Notes under the pieces: generated by a model | The model's input: only the letters and a program-made list of their open reading frames with translations | What the model was told of the DNA's origin: nothing | Databases searched by the model: none | Shown here: positions 1 to 14,600 of the stretch, one piece after another | How positions within the stretch are numbered: position 1 is the stretch's first letter | Layout of the letters: every line of letters starts with the position of its first letter | From: Lama guanicoe | Taxonomy: Eukaryota | Reading direction: 5' to 3' | DNA: 64,000 bases | Assembly (NCBI GenBank): GCA_013239625.1 | Contig: MU054212.1 | Span: 806,001 to 870,000, forward strand | Position numbers and translations under genes: made by a program

Positions 1-109
1 CTGACAGTGATTCAACGTGTTAGCTGAGATTTCAGAATAAAACACTGGCTTCCAAATGGCCTACCTATATAACATTCTGCATTGTGCAGGCCATTTTAAA
101 GGAAACTTA

Positions 110-252
110 AAAAAAATTATTTAGTTTGTTTTGGAGGGGGAGGTAATTAGGTTTATTTATTTAAAAAAAATTTTTAATGAAGGTGTTGGGGATTGAACCC
201 AGAACTTCGTGCATGCTAAGCACACACTTTACCAGAGTTATACCCATCCCCC
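110..252 (-). mobile_element. tRNA-derived SINE, Vic-1-like (camelid)
   Basis: Reverse complement reads ggggatgggtataactctggtaaagtgtgtgcttagcatgcacgaagttctgggttcaatcccc...aaataaataaacctaattacctcc, the same family as 35343 and 40357. Confidence 0.8.
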
Positions 253-2342
253 TTAATGGAAACATTTAATCAGACTTTTTTTTTAACCTCTTCATAACTT
301 GTGACAAAGTCAGTGGTGACATATCACTTTTGCTATATTTATGACAGTTCTCGTTTTGCTGGAACGGAAATTAAATACACAGAGTTTACTCTTTCAGACA
401 AGACAGAGTTTGGACTAGTCTGACCTGGCTAGATAACCTTTAATTATAAGCTTGTGGAAGGTAGTAAAACGATCGTAGTTTGAGGGTACAAAGGGGTTAG
501 TGTACTCTACGAAAAGGCAAAATTTCATCACTTTCCCCGGCCAAAGCAGCTCTTATTGTATAAAACACTTCTTCCTACATAACAATCTTCTCAGGGCTGG
601 ACTCTCACAATTCCCAACAACTGCATTAGATGCAGTCTTTAAAAAGGCAGGTCACATTCTCCGTGGCCGGAGGGTGGGAGGTGTGTTGTGACGACCACGG
701 CACTGCTGGTTCGCTCTTTAACTGCTTGGCTTTACTGTCATCTCATGACTCAATTTAGATTTAAATGGATACAATCCAGGCAACATTTGTAATATCATCT
801 CTTACGTCAACTTGGTGTTTTACAAACTGTACGTAAGGTATACAAATAATGCAACTTATTTTACAAATAGATTTTTCAAAGTGCCAGATGTCCAGATAGA
901 CTTGATCATCTTGATAATCTCATTTCTAAATTCACAGTGGTACCTTCAAGAATGGCCTCCAAATCAAACTTACACAACCTAAAAATAACCAATTCTTTTT
1001 ATTAGTTTCAATAAAATGAACCTCTGACTCAGAATCAATCAACAATTTCAAAACAAGGAACAACAAGAAAACACTAAATTCCAATTCCCAAACATCAACA
1101 TCAGCAGGTAAGGAAGTGCTACTTTTTCTAAGTTTCTGTTCCCAGAAGTATTCCTGGGGCTGTCCAAACCTAAGAATATTTTTAAAATCCTAAAAATATG
1201 ACCTTACAGTCATAGTAGTGTCTGACACATAAGTGCTCAAGAGATACTGACTGAACAGTGAATAAAACAATTGTCAAAAATTTGGGAGCTTGACGATGTT
1301 ATCAGGATCATCCTGTCCAGCCTTCTAATTTTCAGATGAAGGAAGAGCGGTCCAGAGAGGTTGACTTACTTGTTCAAAACCACACCGCTAGTTACTGGCA
1401 GAGCGGAACCTAGAACTCAGGATTCCTGACCTCAAGTCCACTTTGCCCAAAGTCTCTTTATTTTCTCAGGTTCCTCATGCACTTGGATTTTTAAAGATTG
1501 AAGGAGCCTGCGGCCAAGAGCTCAGACCAACCATAATGTTCCCACAGCTATTCATTAGGTAGCAGGTGGGCCTTCCCACAAGTCATGACGCCGTGGGAAT
1601 CTGCCCGCGTGTCATTTACTGGTTAAAAAAATCACCTTGATTTTTCCTTAGAAAACTACCTTTAAAGTAATGCTACCCTACTCTGAAATGGTTTATTAAA
1701 AACAAACTAATTAGTGCAGAAATAGATCCTACATAAGAGAGGCTAATTATAAAGCCTTACATTGGGAGGTTCTTTACTGTTTATGAAGGCAGCCTGTATT
1801 ACCTTGTAGTTCTGTTCCTTTCCATCTCAGTTAATTGATTTGCCAGATAACATCTTGCTTTTGAAACGGAGTCTCAATAGTGCTGCAACTGGTGAGAGAT
1901 GAAGGTACAGAACCCGGTAATGATTCCAACAAGACGGGCTCCTCTTTGGTTCAGCACAACAGGTGGTGGGTTAGAGGTAAGGCAGAGTGTCAGCAGAGGG
2001 ACTGGGCGGGGCAGGGCTGCCTGACCAGCCTCTCCTTACTTACGCTTGGCTACTCTCCTGATTTCATTGCAGCCATAATCGATTTGAACAGGAGGTGGCA
2101 GAGTGTGTACTTGACCTCAGACACCAAACACCCAGTTTCAGAAATACTGTATGGTCAGCCTGATTTCAGACGCCTTCGGGCAAGCCCAAAGCAAAGGACA
2201 GGAGAAACCCTAATCAAAGATGAACTTTCATCCAGAGGCAAAGGATTTAAAGATGCCCAGAGCTGACTGGTGATCTTAGGCAGGGGGTGCCCCAGGCCGG
2301 CAGGCTCTCCCACCCACCGCTCTGCGCACACGTGACCATTAC

Positions 2343-2441
2343 CTGCCTGGGCTGGTTGACTTTTGCTCCTGAAGACAACAGTAGTCGAATCACATCCAAG
2401 TAACCCCCTTGGGCAGCCAGGAAGAGTGCGGTGGCTCCATC
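2343..2441 (-). CDS. ANKRD29: ANKRD29 exon 6 (DGATALFLAAQGGYLDVIRLLLSSGAKVNQPRQ), ankyrin repeat; gene continues beyond the window start
   Basis: 99 nt, acceptor ttgctgtctgtcAG, donor GTAATG. Peptide visible in ORF 2247..2462(-). Confidence 0.95.
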
Positions 2442-5253
2442 CTGACAGACAGCAAATTGCAAGTGTTACCAAATCATTTTTCACATTTATCATAAAAGAA
2501 ATTCAATTTAAAAATACGTATTTAATACAATTTTCTGTTCCCCCCTTTTTTTTCACATGTGGTTAGTGTTTTATTATTTGAAGAATGGTTCTAGAATGTC
2601 ACAATGAGACAGGCTGAAAGGAAAGTTTTAAATAGTTTCACAAGGCTGAGTTACAATATATGTAATGACTGTTCACTATACAAAATCTTGGTCAGGGAAC
2701 TTATGACACATCCAGTTGGAAAACTCAGGTTTTCCAAATAGCCAGTCATCATTTTTCTCCTGCCTGCGTAGACTTCTCATTAGCTGCCTTCCGCTTCTGT
2801 GGCATGATCTTCAGAGGCCACCCCCTTTTTAGTTAGATTAAAAAACACATACATTTAATACAATTTTCCATTGCAATTCTTTTGTCACTAAGAGCAAAGT
2901 GTTCGTTAAAAAACAAAAACAAAAAATAAAATCTGTTAATAAAAAACAAAAACCAAACAAATCCCCCAAATCTATTTTGTGTGCTTTCACGAGTCAGTAA
3001 TGAAAAGTGTCCTTTATTATATACTCTTTATTCCTTCCTCTCTCGTGCTCTCTCACCCACATTCCTTCAACGTGCAGTTTCTCTAAGCTTTAAAACACAA
3101 GATGCTTTCAGAATGTCTCCCCAGGTAAAAACGTCCGTGAACTGTCTCCTTGCCAGCCCAGCAGGCACCAACAATGCCTATCCACACAACTAAGCCATCC
3201 CGCATAAAAGCCCACAGCAAGTGCTTGTTTCCGATTTCCTTTAGTTTTCTTTTTAACTGGGTGCCTACATCTTCTGGGCTTTTCTTTTTTCTTGAAGACA
3301 TGTCATTGAGTAATTTCAGCAAATACATGGATCAGTTGAGAGCATGCCTCCTCCCAGATGCTCACTTCACACAGATTGCACTCACAGGACAGGGTGAGCC
3401 TCCTTAGTCTCAGACCGCATGGAAAACTCAAGCATCTGTAGTGGGAAACACTCAGCTAACTCAGCTAATTACCACCCCTCCCGTCTCGTGAACACTAATC
3501 ACATGCTTAAAGCACCCTCCCTGCAAGTCCAACCAGGCAGAGGGTGCTGTGTTTCCTGTGGGTGTCGGCTGAGCTGCCAGACTCCCCTCAGGGCAATCAT
3601 TAAAAAGTTACTCTGCCTGGACAGATTTTTTAGCAGCTGTTTGATATGGGATACAATTTCCAACTGCTCCTCACTGTGTTGCCACTGAAAGTCTTCCATG
3701 CCCTTGGTGGTGATAACTCTTAGGAATTTGCCAAAAACGGATCTCCAATGCACTGGATTTCTTTCTTCTACTGTGCATTACAAATTTGTTCCTAGAAGTT
3801 TTCAGGAATCACTGATACCCCGCCCCCTACTCCTGCCCTATATTTCAATTGCTGTTAATGGAAACATCTATATTTGGACTGTTTGGGTAAGGGTAAAAGC
3901 CTTAACATAAAATGGAAGTTCTAGTGCATGGAATTTCCAGGTCGCCTTATAACAGAGAGGAATTTACCATGGGAATGGGCTCTCTCCAAACTCTAAAATC
4001 AAGTGCCACCTCAATGAGCCTTAGGGAAGAATGCCATCTAACAGTGCAAGTTCTATAGCCATAGTCAATTTGGATGGCTGACTACTAACGGTAAGGCTCT
4101 GAGAATTACAACTCATTTTCCTTTTCCAAAGACTGGGGCTCTTCCTAGTCAGCCTGCACATACACATTCTCACATGCACTCTCAGCTCCACCATCTTCAG
4201 CCCAAGAGACACAAAGCTGTAGACCTCTGCTGCTTAGACGTGACCACATGTCAGAACCACCTGGTGCCCAGGCTGTGCCCTCAGAGACTCCAGCTTAGTT
4301 GTTCTGGGGTGGGCCCAGGAAGCTCCCTAGGGGGCAGCCAGAGTTGAGAATCACTCCTTCAGACCACTGTCAGCCATTGACCCAGGAATGCCATGGGCTC
4401 AAGGAGTGTTACGGATTTTTAAGTGCAGAGGGTAAGGTTCCTGTGAACGTCACAGAGGTCTGGGATTCATCAGAGGTATCCATGTAAACTCTGGAAAGGG
4501 TGTTCAAATGGAAAAGTTCACACCTACACATCTCAGTACACAGCTATGAAAGTATAGCGCCCCCTAGGCACAGGGCTGACGTCTCGCAGTACAACAGCCT
4601 AAAACACAGGTCCCAGATAACTGGACGCAGGAATTCTCTGCTCCTTCCCATGAGACTCTGTAAGTCACTTCATCTCCCCATATTTTATTTTTTCCTCCAA
4701 AACCAGAATAATATTTTCCACACATCCTCTGGAATTATGGTGACAATTAGAAGTGCTTGGGTAAAGTGCTAATTGCCAATTAGCTGCAAACAGACCCACA
4801 CCGGCAGTGGGTGCCTTTCAAGGTCAGTGGGTGCATGTATTCCACAGGTCTTCATCCACCCAGCCTCACTTCTCTTCCAAATAACTTGATTTCTCTTTTT
4901 GGGGGGGCTCTCCCTCCCAAATAACTACAACAGGAGAATTTATTTTGGTGTTCAGCAAGTCCATATGCTGAGCTTGTCATGTTATGAATAATTATGTATC
5001 ACATGATCTTTAAAGTTCTTAATTGCACAGGTAGATAAAATATCTCATACGTGCAAGAGATTTAAGAGGGCAGAGCAAAGGTGGGTACACAAGATTATGT
5101 GGTTTCTGTATAGAAAAAGCTCACCCAGTTAACTATCTTTTTCCCTCAATGTCTCAGATGCCACTTCTGGCGTCAGAATTTGGACAACAGCAGCGTGTGT
5201 GTGATGAAGGAAGGAGTGAGTGTCTCCCTAAAGCCCCCCTGAAATGCACTCAC

Positions 5254-5352
5254 ATAAAGCTGATCGTGGATGTTGGCTCCGTGTTTCAGCAAGGTCTCCA
5301 CCACCTGCATGTGCCCGTACTGACTGGCGGCCAACAGGGCAGTGCCCCCGTC
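5254..5352 (-). CDS. ANKRD29: ANKRD29 exon 5 (DGGTALLAASQYGHMQVVETLLKHGANIHDQLY), ankyrin repeat
   Basis: Translated by hand. 99 nt, acceptor gaccacAG, donor GTGAGT. Fits the ankyrin consensus. Confidence 0.95.
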
Positions 5353-7885
5353 CTGTGGTCATGCAAAGTATAAATGCATCAGAAACAGTGCAGGCACCAA
5401 ATTATCAAGAAGACGCTCCTCATACGTGAGAACTTTGGAGAAGAATTTCCCACACATCATAACAAACTCACTTTTCCTCTTTGTTTTACCTTTTCTTTAT
5501 AATCGTGACAGAGTTCATCTTCAGAAGTGAGTTACATTGTACACTGGGTGACTTGCTTGAGCTATATTACAGTTATTTGTCTAAGTTACTAGGGTTAATT
5601 TAGGAACGCCTCATGTCAAGTGCAGAATCATCAATTTGCCTCGCAATAAAGGAAACAAAGAACAGAAACTCTGTACCAATCGTGTCTCCTGTGGTTTCTG
5701 GCCAGAGACCCAATTGACAAATGTTGGCTTCTCTCTGTGGTTCCACCCAGCTGTAGGCCTCTGAGACTAAGGTGTTTTCAGGGAGTAAACCTGTGGGGGC
5801 ACCGCCTTCCCGGGACAAGGTCTGCATGCACGGAGACGGGAAACCCACGTCCTCTCACCCTCCTACGTAGCATTTTCCTTTGAACATGTGCTAATTGGTC
5901 CAGGTCTCAATGTGGCCCTAGGACTAAACAGAGCATTGGAAAGTAGGTGCGGTCTGATGTGGAATGAGAGGTGCCTTGGTTCCATCTGCGCTACTTTTAT
6001 CTCTGCAGGCTAAATTTGAATTAGCATTTATGCCAACCACACCACACTACTGACTCACTGAGTCTGTGGTCAACTGAAACCCTTAACGGTTTTCTCAGGT
6101 GCCGGGCCGAGGCGTTCCCTTTCCCCACCGAGGACTGCTGCGCTGTGTGTTTGGCTCTGTGATTGGTATGTGGACATCTGAGCTAAGTATGTATCAAGGA
6201 AGAACGTGGAATCTGGTTCTAAAATACAAATCATAAATATAAGATTGTGTGGTTTCTAAATTTGGGCGTAGAGTGTTTATTCAGAATGCCCACTCTCTGA
6301 TTCAGTAGGTCTGGAGGGAGGCCCAGAAATAGGCTTTTGACCAGTTGTGTGAGGTGACTGTAAGGTGCAGGTGGCAGGTGGCCCTCACACGGAGAAAGAC
6401 TGCCGTAAGGCGTCCTGGATCCACAGGCAGCCAAGATCCTGGGGGATGCACACGGTTGACAAAGGCTTCAGCGAGGCTGGGCTGTGGGGTGTGGAAGAGC
6501 TGCGTTTCAAAGGGAGGGAATGGAAGGGAGAGACTGGGGGGCTGGGGCCGGTGGTGAAGGTTTCTTGTGTCGGTTTTCCCAGCTCTTCGCCTAGCTGGTT
6601 TAGAGAACAGATAAAACATGACGATTGTCACGGAAGAGCTGATACCGTTTCTCTTTAAAAGCACACTTTGGGGATGTAGGTTTAATTACGATGAGAAAAG
6701 TCATTGACACAAAGCCAGATGTGAAGACAGGATCTTATTAAAACTCAAAGCCTCCCGACATGGGTCTTCTTCCCAGGGAAAGCTCTTGGCCACCCGCAGT
6801 GGACCTCATGGACACACGTGGAGCTGCTCGCCCTGGGCCCCATGCTCCGTGGATTCGGGGACAGTGCAGACTGGCTCATGTACAGAGGCCAGCATTAGCT
6901 TGTTAGCCAAGAAGAACGAAGCCGCCATCTGGTCACACCTGATCATTTCGACTTAGAGTTGAGTCTCAGGTTGATAGAACTTTTACTTTTTATTTTCGGT
7001 TGTATCACTTTACAACAGAAAATAAAATGCAAATTAATATAAAATATGTATCCACATGTATTTTGGATTACGTCTGTTATATTCAGCATGTTTGGGGGCA
7101 TGAACAGTCTGACAGCAGGTTTTAGAGAAGACAGAAACCCTATGTGAAATTCACATCTACTTAACAGCATTTACAGAAAAAAAAAACCCCCACTGGAAAC
7201 TCCCTTGATATCAAAAGGTCACATAACATGAATTAAGAAAACTTAAAAAAGTTTCCAACTAGGGCAAATTTTCAGGAATTTTTTTGTTATGACTAGCCCA
7301 GAAATAAGGTGACAATTACAAAAATGGGATAGCTGTTCAACTTCTTCTACAAAACATTATCATGAAAAATCATTGTGAACACAAAATTGATCTCTCTGCA
7401 GCCTCAGTTTTCTTACCCATACATTAAATACGAGGACTCAATGACTTCTTTGAGGAAGAACCACAATTCCTTGCTCAACTATATAAACTGCAATCATGTA
7501 TTACATATTTTAGCAAAGACATCTCAGAAAGTAAACTGCCCGCCAAATCATCCTCCTTAGAAATACCTCAGATATATATCTCAGATACACATCTCAGATA
7601 CGTAACAAAACTTAGTGTCCCAGAGTAGAAAGCTACCAGTATCTAAGTAATACCCCCTATCAAATTTTCCAGTTGTGAGCCCAGAGTAAAACTGTCATAT
7701 TTTGAATTGAATTCCTAAGACTCACCCTGAATCACTACAAGGAACTTCATTTGTGAAACCCACCTTCATAGGCTCGAAATTCTCGTAAAAAGAAAACATA
7801 AATTCTTACTATGGGTGAAGAAAAATGAATTCTCATGACTGCTAAAATTCTTCAACAGGGTATGAAATCAAGAAAATTTTCTTAC

Positions 7886-7984
7886 TTTGGTCCTAAATTC
7901 AGTGGATGCTCCAAATTCAAAGAGAAATCTCACGATGTTATTATGTCCTTGTTGGGCAGCAAAGAACAGGGCAGTTGTACCTGA
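7886..7984 (-). CDS. ANKRD29: ANKRD29 exon 4 (SGTTALFFAAQQGHNNIVRFLFEFGASTEFRTK), ankyrin repeat
   Basis: Not in the ORF track; translated by hand. 99 nt, acceptor tctctttccctcccAG, donor GTAAGA. Confidence 0.95.
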
Positions 7985-8169
7985 CTGGGAGGGAAAGAGA
8001 GACTGGTCTTAAAGACATTGGGTTACATTACATTTGACCTATGTGTCTGCAAACAAAACAAACCAATATCCTTGCATATAAACTTCTTGCCTAGGAAGGG
8101 GCTACATTTGAACAGACTGTATTCCTTGTTCCAGTAAGTGACAAGTTGAAAGGAAAACTTTATTTTTGG

Positions 8170-8540
8170 TGTAATGGGACAACTGGTGGACCCCCCAAAA
8201 GCTAGGTCCTCTCCTAATTCCTGGAACTTGTGAATATTGTCCTGCATGCCAAAAGGTATGATTAAGGTAATGACTTGAAGAGAAGGTCCTTACTCTGGCT
8301 TGTCCTGGTGGGCACTAAGTCCAATGACAGGTGTCTTTGTAAGAGTGAGGCAGAGAGATACCTGACACAGAGAAGAGGAAGAGGCAACGAGACCACAGAG
8401 GCAGAGATGAGAGTGATGGGGCCACAAGTCAAGGAATGTCAACAGGTACCAGAAACTGGAAGAGGTAAAGAGTGAACTCTCCCCGGAGCCTCCGGAGAGA
8501 GAGAGAATACAACCCTGCAGACACTTTGAATTTTCTGGCC
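8170..8540 (+). mobile_element. MLT1 (MaLR) LTR
   Basis: tgtaatggg...ccccccaaaag...gtgatggggccacaagtcaaggaatg...ctggaagaggtaaag, typical of MLT1. Confidence 0.7.
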
Positions 8541-10704
8541 TCTCATCTTCTTAATAGACATGAATTTTAGAGACAACCAGGGGTCATTTCTGGGAGTTGT
8601 TTCTTCATTAAGAGAGAGGATTTGTTTTTCAATAGGCTTTTTGGATACATTAATTACAAAAATTCTACCTAGAGCCATTTGAACCAATTTTGGAACGTAA
8701 ATACTATTAATTGTGCACAGGAACACAGCAATCGGCGGACGACAGGAGCTGGACTCCAGTCTGGAATGTGAGTCAAGGTCTTAAGTGCACAGGCTTCACT
8801 CTGGAGACCCTGGGCTTCATGACCCCTGCACGTGCAGCGCCTACAGATGTGAGTTTACTCCGCCAATACTGCTGATTCTCCAGGGAGATGGCCTTTCAGG
8901 ACCATCAGCTTCCAGTTGTCTCCCCAGCAAACTCTGTGTGTCTAGACAGCCAACCAGAGCAAACAATGGCAGGTACTTTTTCAGGAGACAAATATTCTGA
9001 TATTGCAAAATGGATTACACGCGAACCAAAGAAGAAGTGTACTCTAAGCATTGGTTTCCTAGCCCTGCCAGCCACGCTCTTTCAGCCTCCAAAGCATGCA
9101 GCTGAGGTCCGGGCCTCTCTTTGGCTCTATTTTCCCAAACTGGCCTGGCCTTGGGGAATTCAGCAGATCACTGGGCACTTACACGCCATCGTTATTTGAG
9201 CCACACATTTAGGTTACCTCTAAACCAGGCACACTGGGTTCAATACAAAATAGTTTCCATCTCCAAGAACATTAGTTGAACAATTGGAACCAAATGGATA
9301 AACATAAAAACATTCATTGGCTGGAAATCAAACAAATGTTTCTCTTCTTCTCCCAGCTTTTCTCTGCTGTTCTTAAGACATTTTTGTGTATGTTGAACTA
9401 GCCCTTCAGGATAAAGTTTTTGAGTAAGCAGATCCAGATTATGTTGTTTTTATTAGAGAAAATCGGTCTTTTCTTGAAAGTTCAAATAAACAAAGACCGG
9501 AAAGCAGAGAGGAAAAACAAAAAGATTAGAGAAATTTTAAAGCATAATTCTAAATGGGCCCAGACATTTTGCTTCCAGAAGAAAATCAGCTGCTGGAGTG
9601 AAAATGACCTAAAACAATGATCCAGTGTTGTGGAAATTGCTCAGATCTTATCTGTCTGGGAGAAGACTGGACGGAGCTGCTGCATGCAGTCTCTTGGCAC
9701 TGCTCCTCTCGGAGACCACGCTTTCTGATCCCGGCCTACAGGGGACCAGGCCCCAGATTCTGTCCATCAAGGGTCACTCTACCAAGGTGATACCCAGAGG
9801 GGAGGTGGAAGGGACTTCTAGATACCCCATGAACATGCAGCCCTCACACATGGTTCGTCTTAATTTGTTCCTCTCAGGGATGGAGTCCAGCTTGGAAGAA
9901 GGGGTGTATTGTTCGATGAAAGTCTGGTTGGCAAATCATCCATTCTGAAACAATTGCAGGGCAGGCCCTTAGGTGAGACTGGATCAAGGAAAACCAAGCG
10001 CTCCAGTCTGCTCTGGAGCCAGGATGCCCTTCTCAGGTCTGAGTGGCTGTGGACTCAGAGGTCAGATTCACTCTAGGTGACACCTGTAGATGTGCCTCCA
10101 TTAACCTTAACTTAGCAGGCCCTATTATGGCTTGAAATATATAGAGGCTCCCCCAAATAAACTTTTATTTTTTATTAAAAAAAAAATCCCCAGCCTCCCA
10201 TTGCTCCTCTGCACTGGACCGAGAATGGAGCCTCTGGCCAGATGGAATTCCCAAGATTGCCTTCCAATGAAGTGAGGGAACAGCTCACATTCTAGCCCGA
10301 TGTTCACCATATGGCTTTTGGGGGAGAACTTATTTAATTCATGGCTAGTCAAAGAAGCTCTTGGAAAACACGGTTTGGTGAGGATGGCTGAGATAGTCTA
10401 GCAAGAGAGCCTTGTTAACAACAGGTTGGAGACCCAATCCTTCTGAAAATATAATGATCGCTATGAAAATCTTATAAATTCCATAGCATGTCATCCCCAG
10501 AAAAGAAGGAAGAACTGATTTAGGCTCAGGGCGAAATACATGAGAGTTTAAGGAATATGATTTGGAGGTTTGGTTATGTCAGATGCAACACGCTGAGCAG
10601 ATAGGTTCAGCTGAAGTACAACCAGCGTCACTTCCTGGGCCTTATCTACACACAATACAGTCTGCAATCTGGGCCTTAAGGCCCTGGGGAAAAAGCAATG
10701 ATTA

Positions 10705-11029
10705 CAGTTGGCCCTCTGTATCCACAGGTTCCGCATCCATGGATTCAACCAACCACAGATAGAAATGATTAAAAAAAGAAAAACTCTAGAAAAGTTTCAA
10801 AAAGCAAAGCCTGAGTTCTCCATGTACCAGCAAAGCATTTATTTACAAAACATTTACACTGTATTAGGTAATATAAGTAATCTAGAGATGTTCAATGTAC
10901 ATGGGAAGAAGTGTGTAGATTATATGCAAATATGATGCCATTTTTCATAAGGGACTTGAGCATTGAGATTTTGGTTCCATAGGGGGGCAGTCCTGGAACC
11001 AATGCCCCATGGATCTGGAGGGAAGACTG
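10705..11029 (-). mobile_element. MER2-like TcMar-Tigger non-autonomous DNA transposon
   Basis: TA|cagttggccctctgtatcc ... ggagggaagactg terminal inverted repeats; internal sequence resembles the recalled MER2 consensus and the copies at 18770 and 47651. Confidence 0.8.
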
Positions 11030-11279
11030 TTCTCTAGTCCTTCTCAGCAATTCACTACTGTGACAATTTCACATCTCTGTCACCTGTATTCTTTTTTTTT
11101 CAGTTTTATTTGGTAGAATTGCTACAATTTGACTGCACATATACAATATACTGCATATAAATAGACACACAATATACTGCACATATTTTTAAAATTTACA
11201 TATATGTACTGTTCACTGTTTAAGAACACTTAGAGCTTTTTAAACTTACATAGTTATCAAAGGAATAAAGCCAACCATA

Positions 11280-11455
11280 AAATAATAATTAATTCAAAAA
11301 GATACATACACTCCGTTATTAACAGCAACATTATATAAATAATTATATAAAATTGCCAAGATATGGAAGCATCGTTAAGTGCACATCAACAGATGAATGG
11401 ATAAAGAAGATGCAGCATATATATGCAATGGAATAAAATCACCCATAAAAAAGGA
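11280..11455 (+). mobile_element. L1 ORF2 3'-end fragment
   Basis: gccaagatatggaagc...catcaacagatgaatggataaagaagatg resembles 54035-54130 of the young L1. Confidence 0.7.
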
Positions 11456-11506
11456 TACTTTGCCATCACCTGCATTATTCTTATTCAGGTGCAAAACCTG
11501 ACCTAC

Positions 11507-11605
11507 CTCTCTCTGGAGATTGATGTCAGCTCCCTGCAGAACGAGCTCCCTCACACAGTCTATGTGCCCAGCATAGGAGGCGACCATGAGGAGAGTGGTG
11601 CCATG
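11507..11605 (-). CDS. ANKRD29: ANKRD29 exon 3 (HGTTLLMVASYAGHIDCVRELVLQGADINLQRE), ankyrin repeat
   Basis: 99 nt, acceptor ctctcctccgtgcAG, donor GTAGGT. Fits the ankyrin consensus. Confidence 0.96.
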
Positions 11606-14600
11606 CTGCACGGAGGAGAGACAGGTGAACAGTCAGGTGACCGCGATGCCAGAGACGTCAGCTCTACTCAGGATACTTCTGAGCTGAGCACAGCATTTCC
11701 TGCAGTAATTACAACTGTGGCATGAATAATCTTCTAATGCAGACCAGACAGGAAAAAGCAAAGTGACAAACTGCTGAGGCTGGAATTTTCAATTAAAAAA
11801 TTCGCTTACTTCCATTACCCTCAGAAACGCCATCCAAGTGAAGCACAGTTACTGCATTGTGAGGCAGCAGTGATGTAAAGGCCTCATTTTATGATTCCTG
11901 TTAAAGGATTCCTGAGACAAAACATTGTTATTAGTGCACAAAAATGGGTTAAGTGGTACCAGCTGGTTTTCTGAGTTTAGAAGTCTTTACCTTCAAACTG
12001 GTTCAGGTAAAGAGATGAGAGACTACAGAAGAGGCAGGAGCCTTGGGGCCCAGGCCCACCTCTGTCATCACCAGCGGGTAACCTGGGGCACACTGCTTCC
12101 AATTCCTGGGGCTCGTTCACCTCATCTTTAAAATGAGGAGTTGGATGAGATGATCGCCAAGGTCTTTGTCAGCTTTAAGATTCAAGGAATTGAGATGCAA
12201 CGATACGAACCCCTCCAATTCAAGGAGACGTTTGTGATTTAATTTATAGTTGTTTTCAGGGGCTTGAAACTGTCATCTGAATCCACCACCTCTGTGGATT
12301 CGGCAGCCTGCCCTTGCGGAGCGGACAAGAGAGCGTGAGGTTCTGCACGTGCGGAAGGCTCCCTAGGCACGGGGTGATAAGTGACTCAGAAGCCTCGTGT
12401 TGTTTACATCTGTGGGGTTTTGCAGGAAGACAGCATAGTTGAGTGGTCACTGAGGTATGATTCTGGGCTGGCCATCTGACCTTTCTAAGGCTCATCCTTC
12501 TCATCTGTAAAATGGGATCTGCCTGATTAAATTAAATGAGAAAAAGAGCTAATTCGGGCAATCAGTTTAGCATAGTAATGTTAAATATTCAGGAAGTGTT
12601 AGATATTATAATAGTATGATGGCTTAGTAAATGTCAGGGTACTATTCGGCTTTTGTTGACTTGCGTGAATAACAATTCTAGTTTTGGGGAAGTCTTTTTG
12701 CAATAAATAAAAAGTACAAGTAGAGTCAAGAAAAGCTAACGGCTTCACAGAAGTGCCCTGTGATATTCTTCTATCCAATGTGACCGCATTTGGTATTTGA
12801 ATGTAAGACCCGCATGTCAGTTAAACCATCCATTACTCAGCTGAACTCCTTCCTCCACATTTTTTAAGACTGGAGTGGCAAACCTGATAACAAGATTCCT
12901 CTCAAATGTGAGAAAATTTTTATTCAGAATGCAGAGAGACAATTCCTTGATTTAAAGCCCATCTGAACAGACAAGCTATGAATGTATCCTTTACATGAGA
13001 GGTGAGAACATATTTTTATCATGGGTCACACTGGTGTCAAAATACAAATCAATCATGAGCTAGAGGAAGCACAGAGCACTCAACTTGGATATTTAAAAAA
13101 GAAAAGAAAAAATGTTAGGCTCATCTATTTTCAAGTAAGGGAAGAGGCAAGAAACAAAGAACAAAAACGCTCCTTTAGAGATTGTACTTCACTTCTGCAT
13201 CATGGTCAACTGAGACAAAGTCAGAGGTTGGGGCAAAGGAGGAAGAGAATAAAGAAGAGGTATCTGTTGCTGCATGAAGCCACACAAAAATATTTCCTTT
13301 ATAGTCAAAAACCTATGAGTTTGACTGACTTTGATTCTCTAAAGAGTAAGGTTATTTCACTTCATTGTCTGATGTTAAACTGTACCTTAAAACGGGCTGA
13401 TTGTAAACAGAGGATACACTGGTTATAAATGCAGGGAAGACACAAACAAGACAGTGAAACACACGCATTCACACAACTAAAGGCGAAAGCGTCTTCCATC
13501 ACACATCCTGTGGTAACTGCGTGTCAGAGGGATGAGCAAACCAAAAGAGGTACACGTCACGTGAAGGCAGCATGAATCCAGGAACGGAAGACAAGTGAGT
13601 GCTGACAATTCTGAGCTCTGCTGTGTGGCAGGTGGCCTGGAGACAAGGTGTTTTTTCTTTACGGGCTGTTTGTTGGAAACGTTTGAACTTGGCCACACTT
13701 GAGATTAGGAGCCATTCCCAGGAAAGCCCCTGGAACTCTCCCTGCACCTAGCAACTCTCACAGGTATCCTAGGTGATCCTGGGCCTGGCCCCACTGGTGA
13801 GGGCAACGCTAGCCTAGAGGCCTCTGACCACCAGAAGAAAGCATCCTGGGACCTGGACTCCGCCTTCAGGTGGCACGTGGAAGAGGCAGATAGCCACCCG
13901 GGGAAATCTGGAGGGGAACAAAGGCCTGCACTGTCCCTAAACATCTCCCTGCCTCTGCCACCGCCAGTCTTAGAGGCCCTTTCAAAACAAATGAGCCCTC
14001 TGAAATGACCATCACATAGACTCGCTCCTTTGGGATATGGAATCATTTCTCCAGAATGCTCCTGATAAAATGATTTTTTGTTTTAAACAAGGAGGAGTAA
14101 CCTGTAAACATACTAGCATCTGCTCATAGAAGCAAAAATTTTTAATAAAAATAGCTACTGGCTACCCAGCACTCAGAGTCAGAGTGTGAGTCTGAGTGGA
14201 AAGGAGGTGGTCAGACAGGTGACCTCTTGATGGGGAAAGGCAGGGAGTGTGGGGTGTGGCAGCAGGGCCGGGGCAGGGTGGGCAGGATGCGGGTGGGTGG
14301 CACTGGGAGGTGGTCCTGGGAAGCCGGAAGACAGGAGATGGTCAGAGGGGTGTCTAAAAAGGTTGACTTTAAGAAAAAGGAATAAAGTGGTCATCGACAT
14401 GGTCAGGGGGTGAGGCCACACTGAAACTGGGCATTCCTACTCTAGTTCTGCCCAGCAAGACCCAAGTAAGACAGGATGGCCAGTTCACAGACGCCCAAGA
14501 CCCCATGTCACTCTGGGTCCAGGCAAAGAACAGATGGTACATTCAAACTGGGATAACTGGAAAGAAATTTTAATAAAGAGTCTATTTATAAAGCTATGTT

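Noticed and set aside
1..2342. Search for ANKRD29 exon 7
   Set aside because: No further ankyrin-coding segment with splice sites was found; it presumably lies left of the window.
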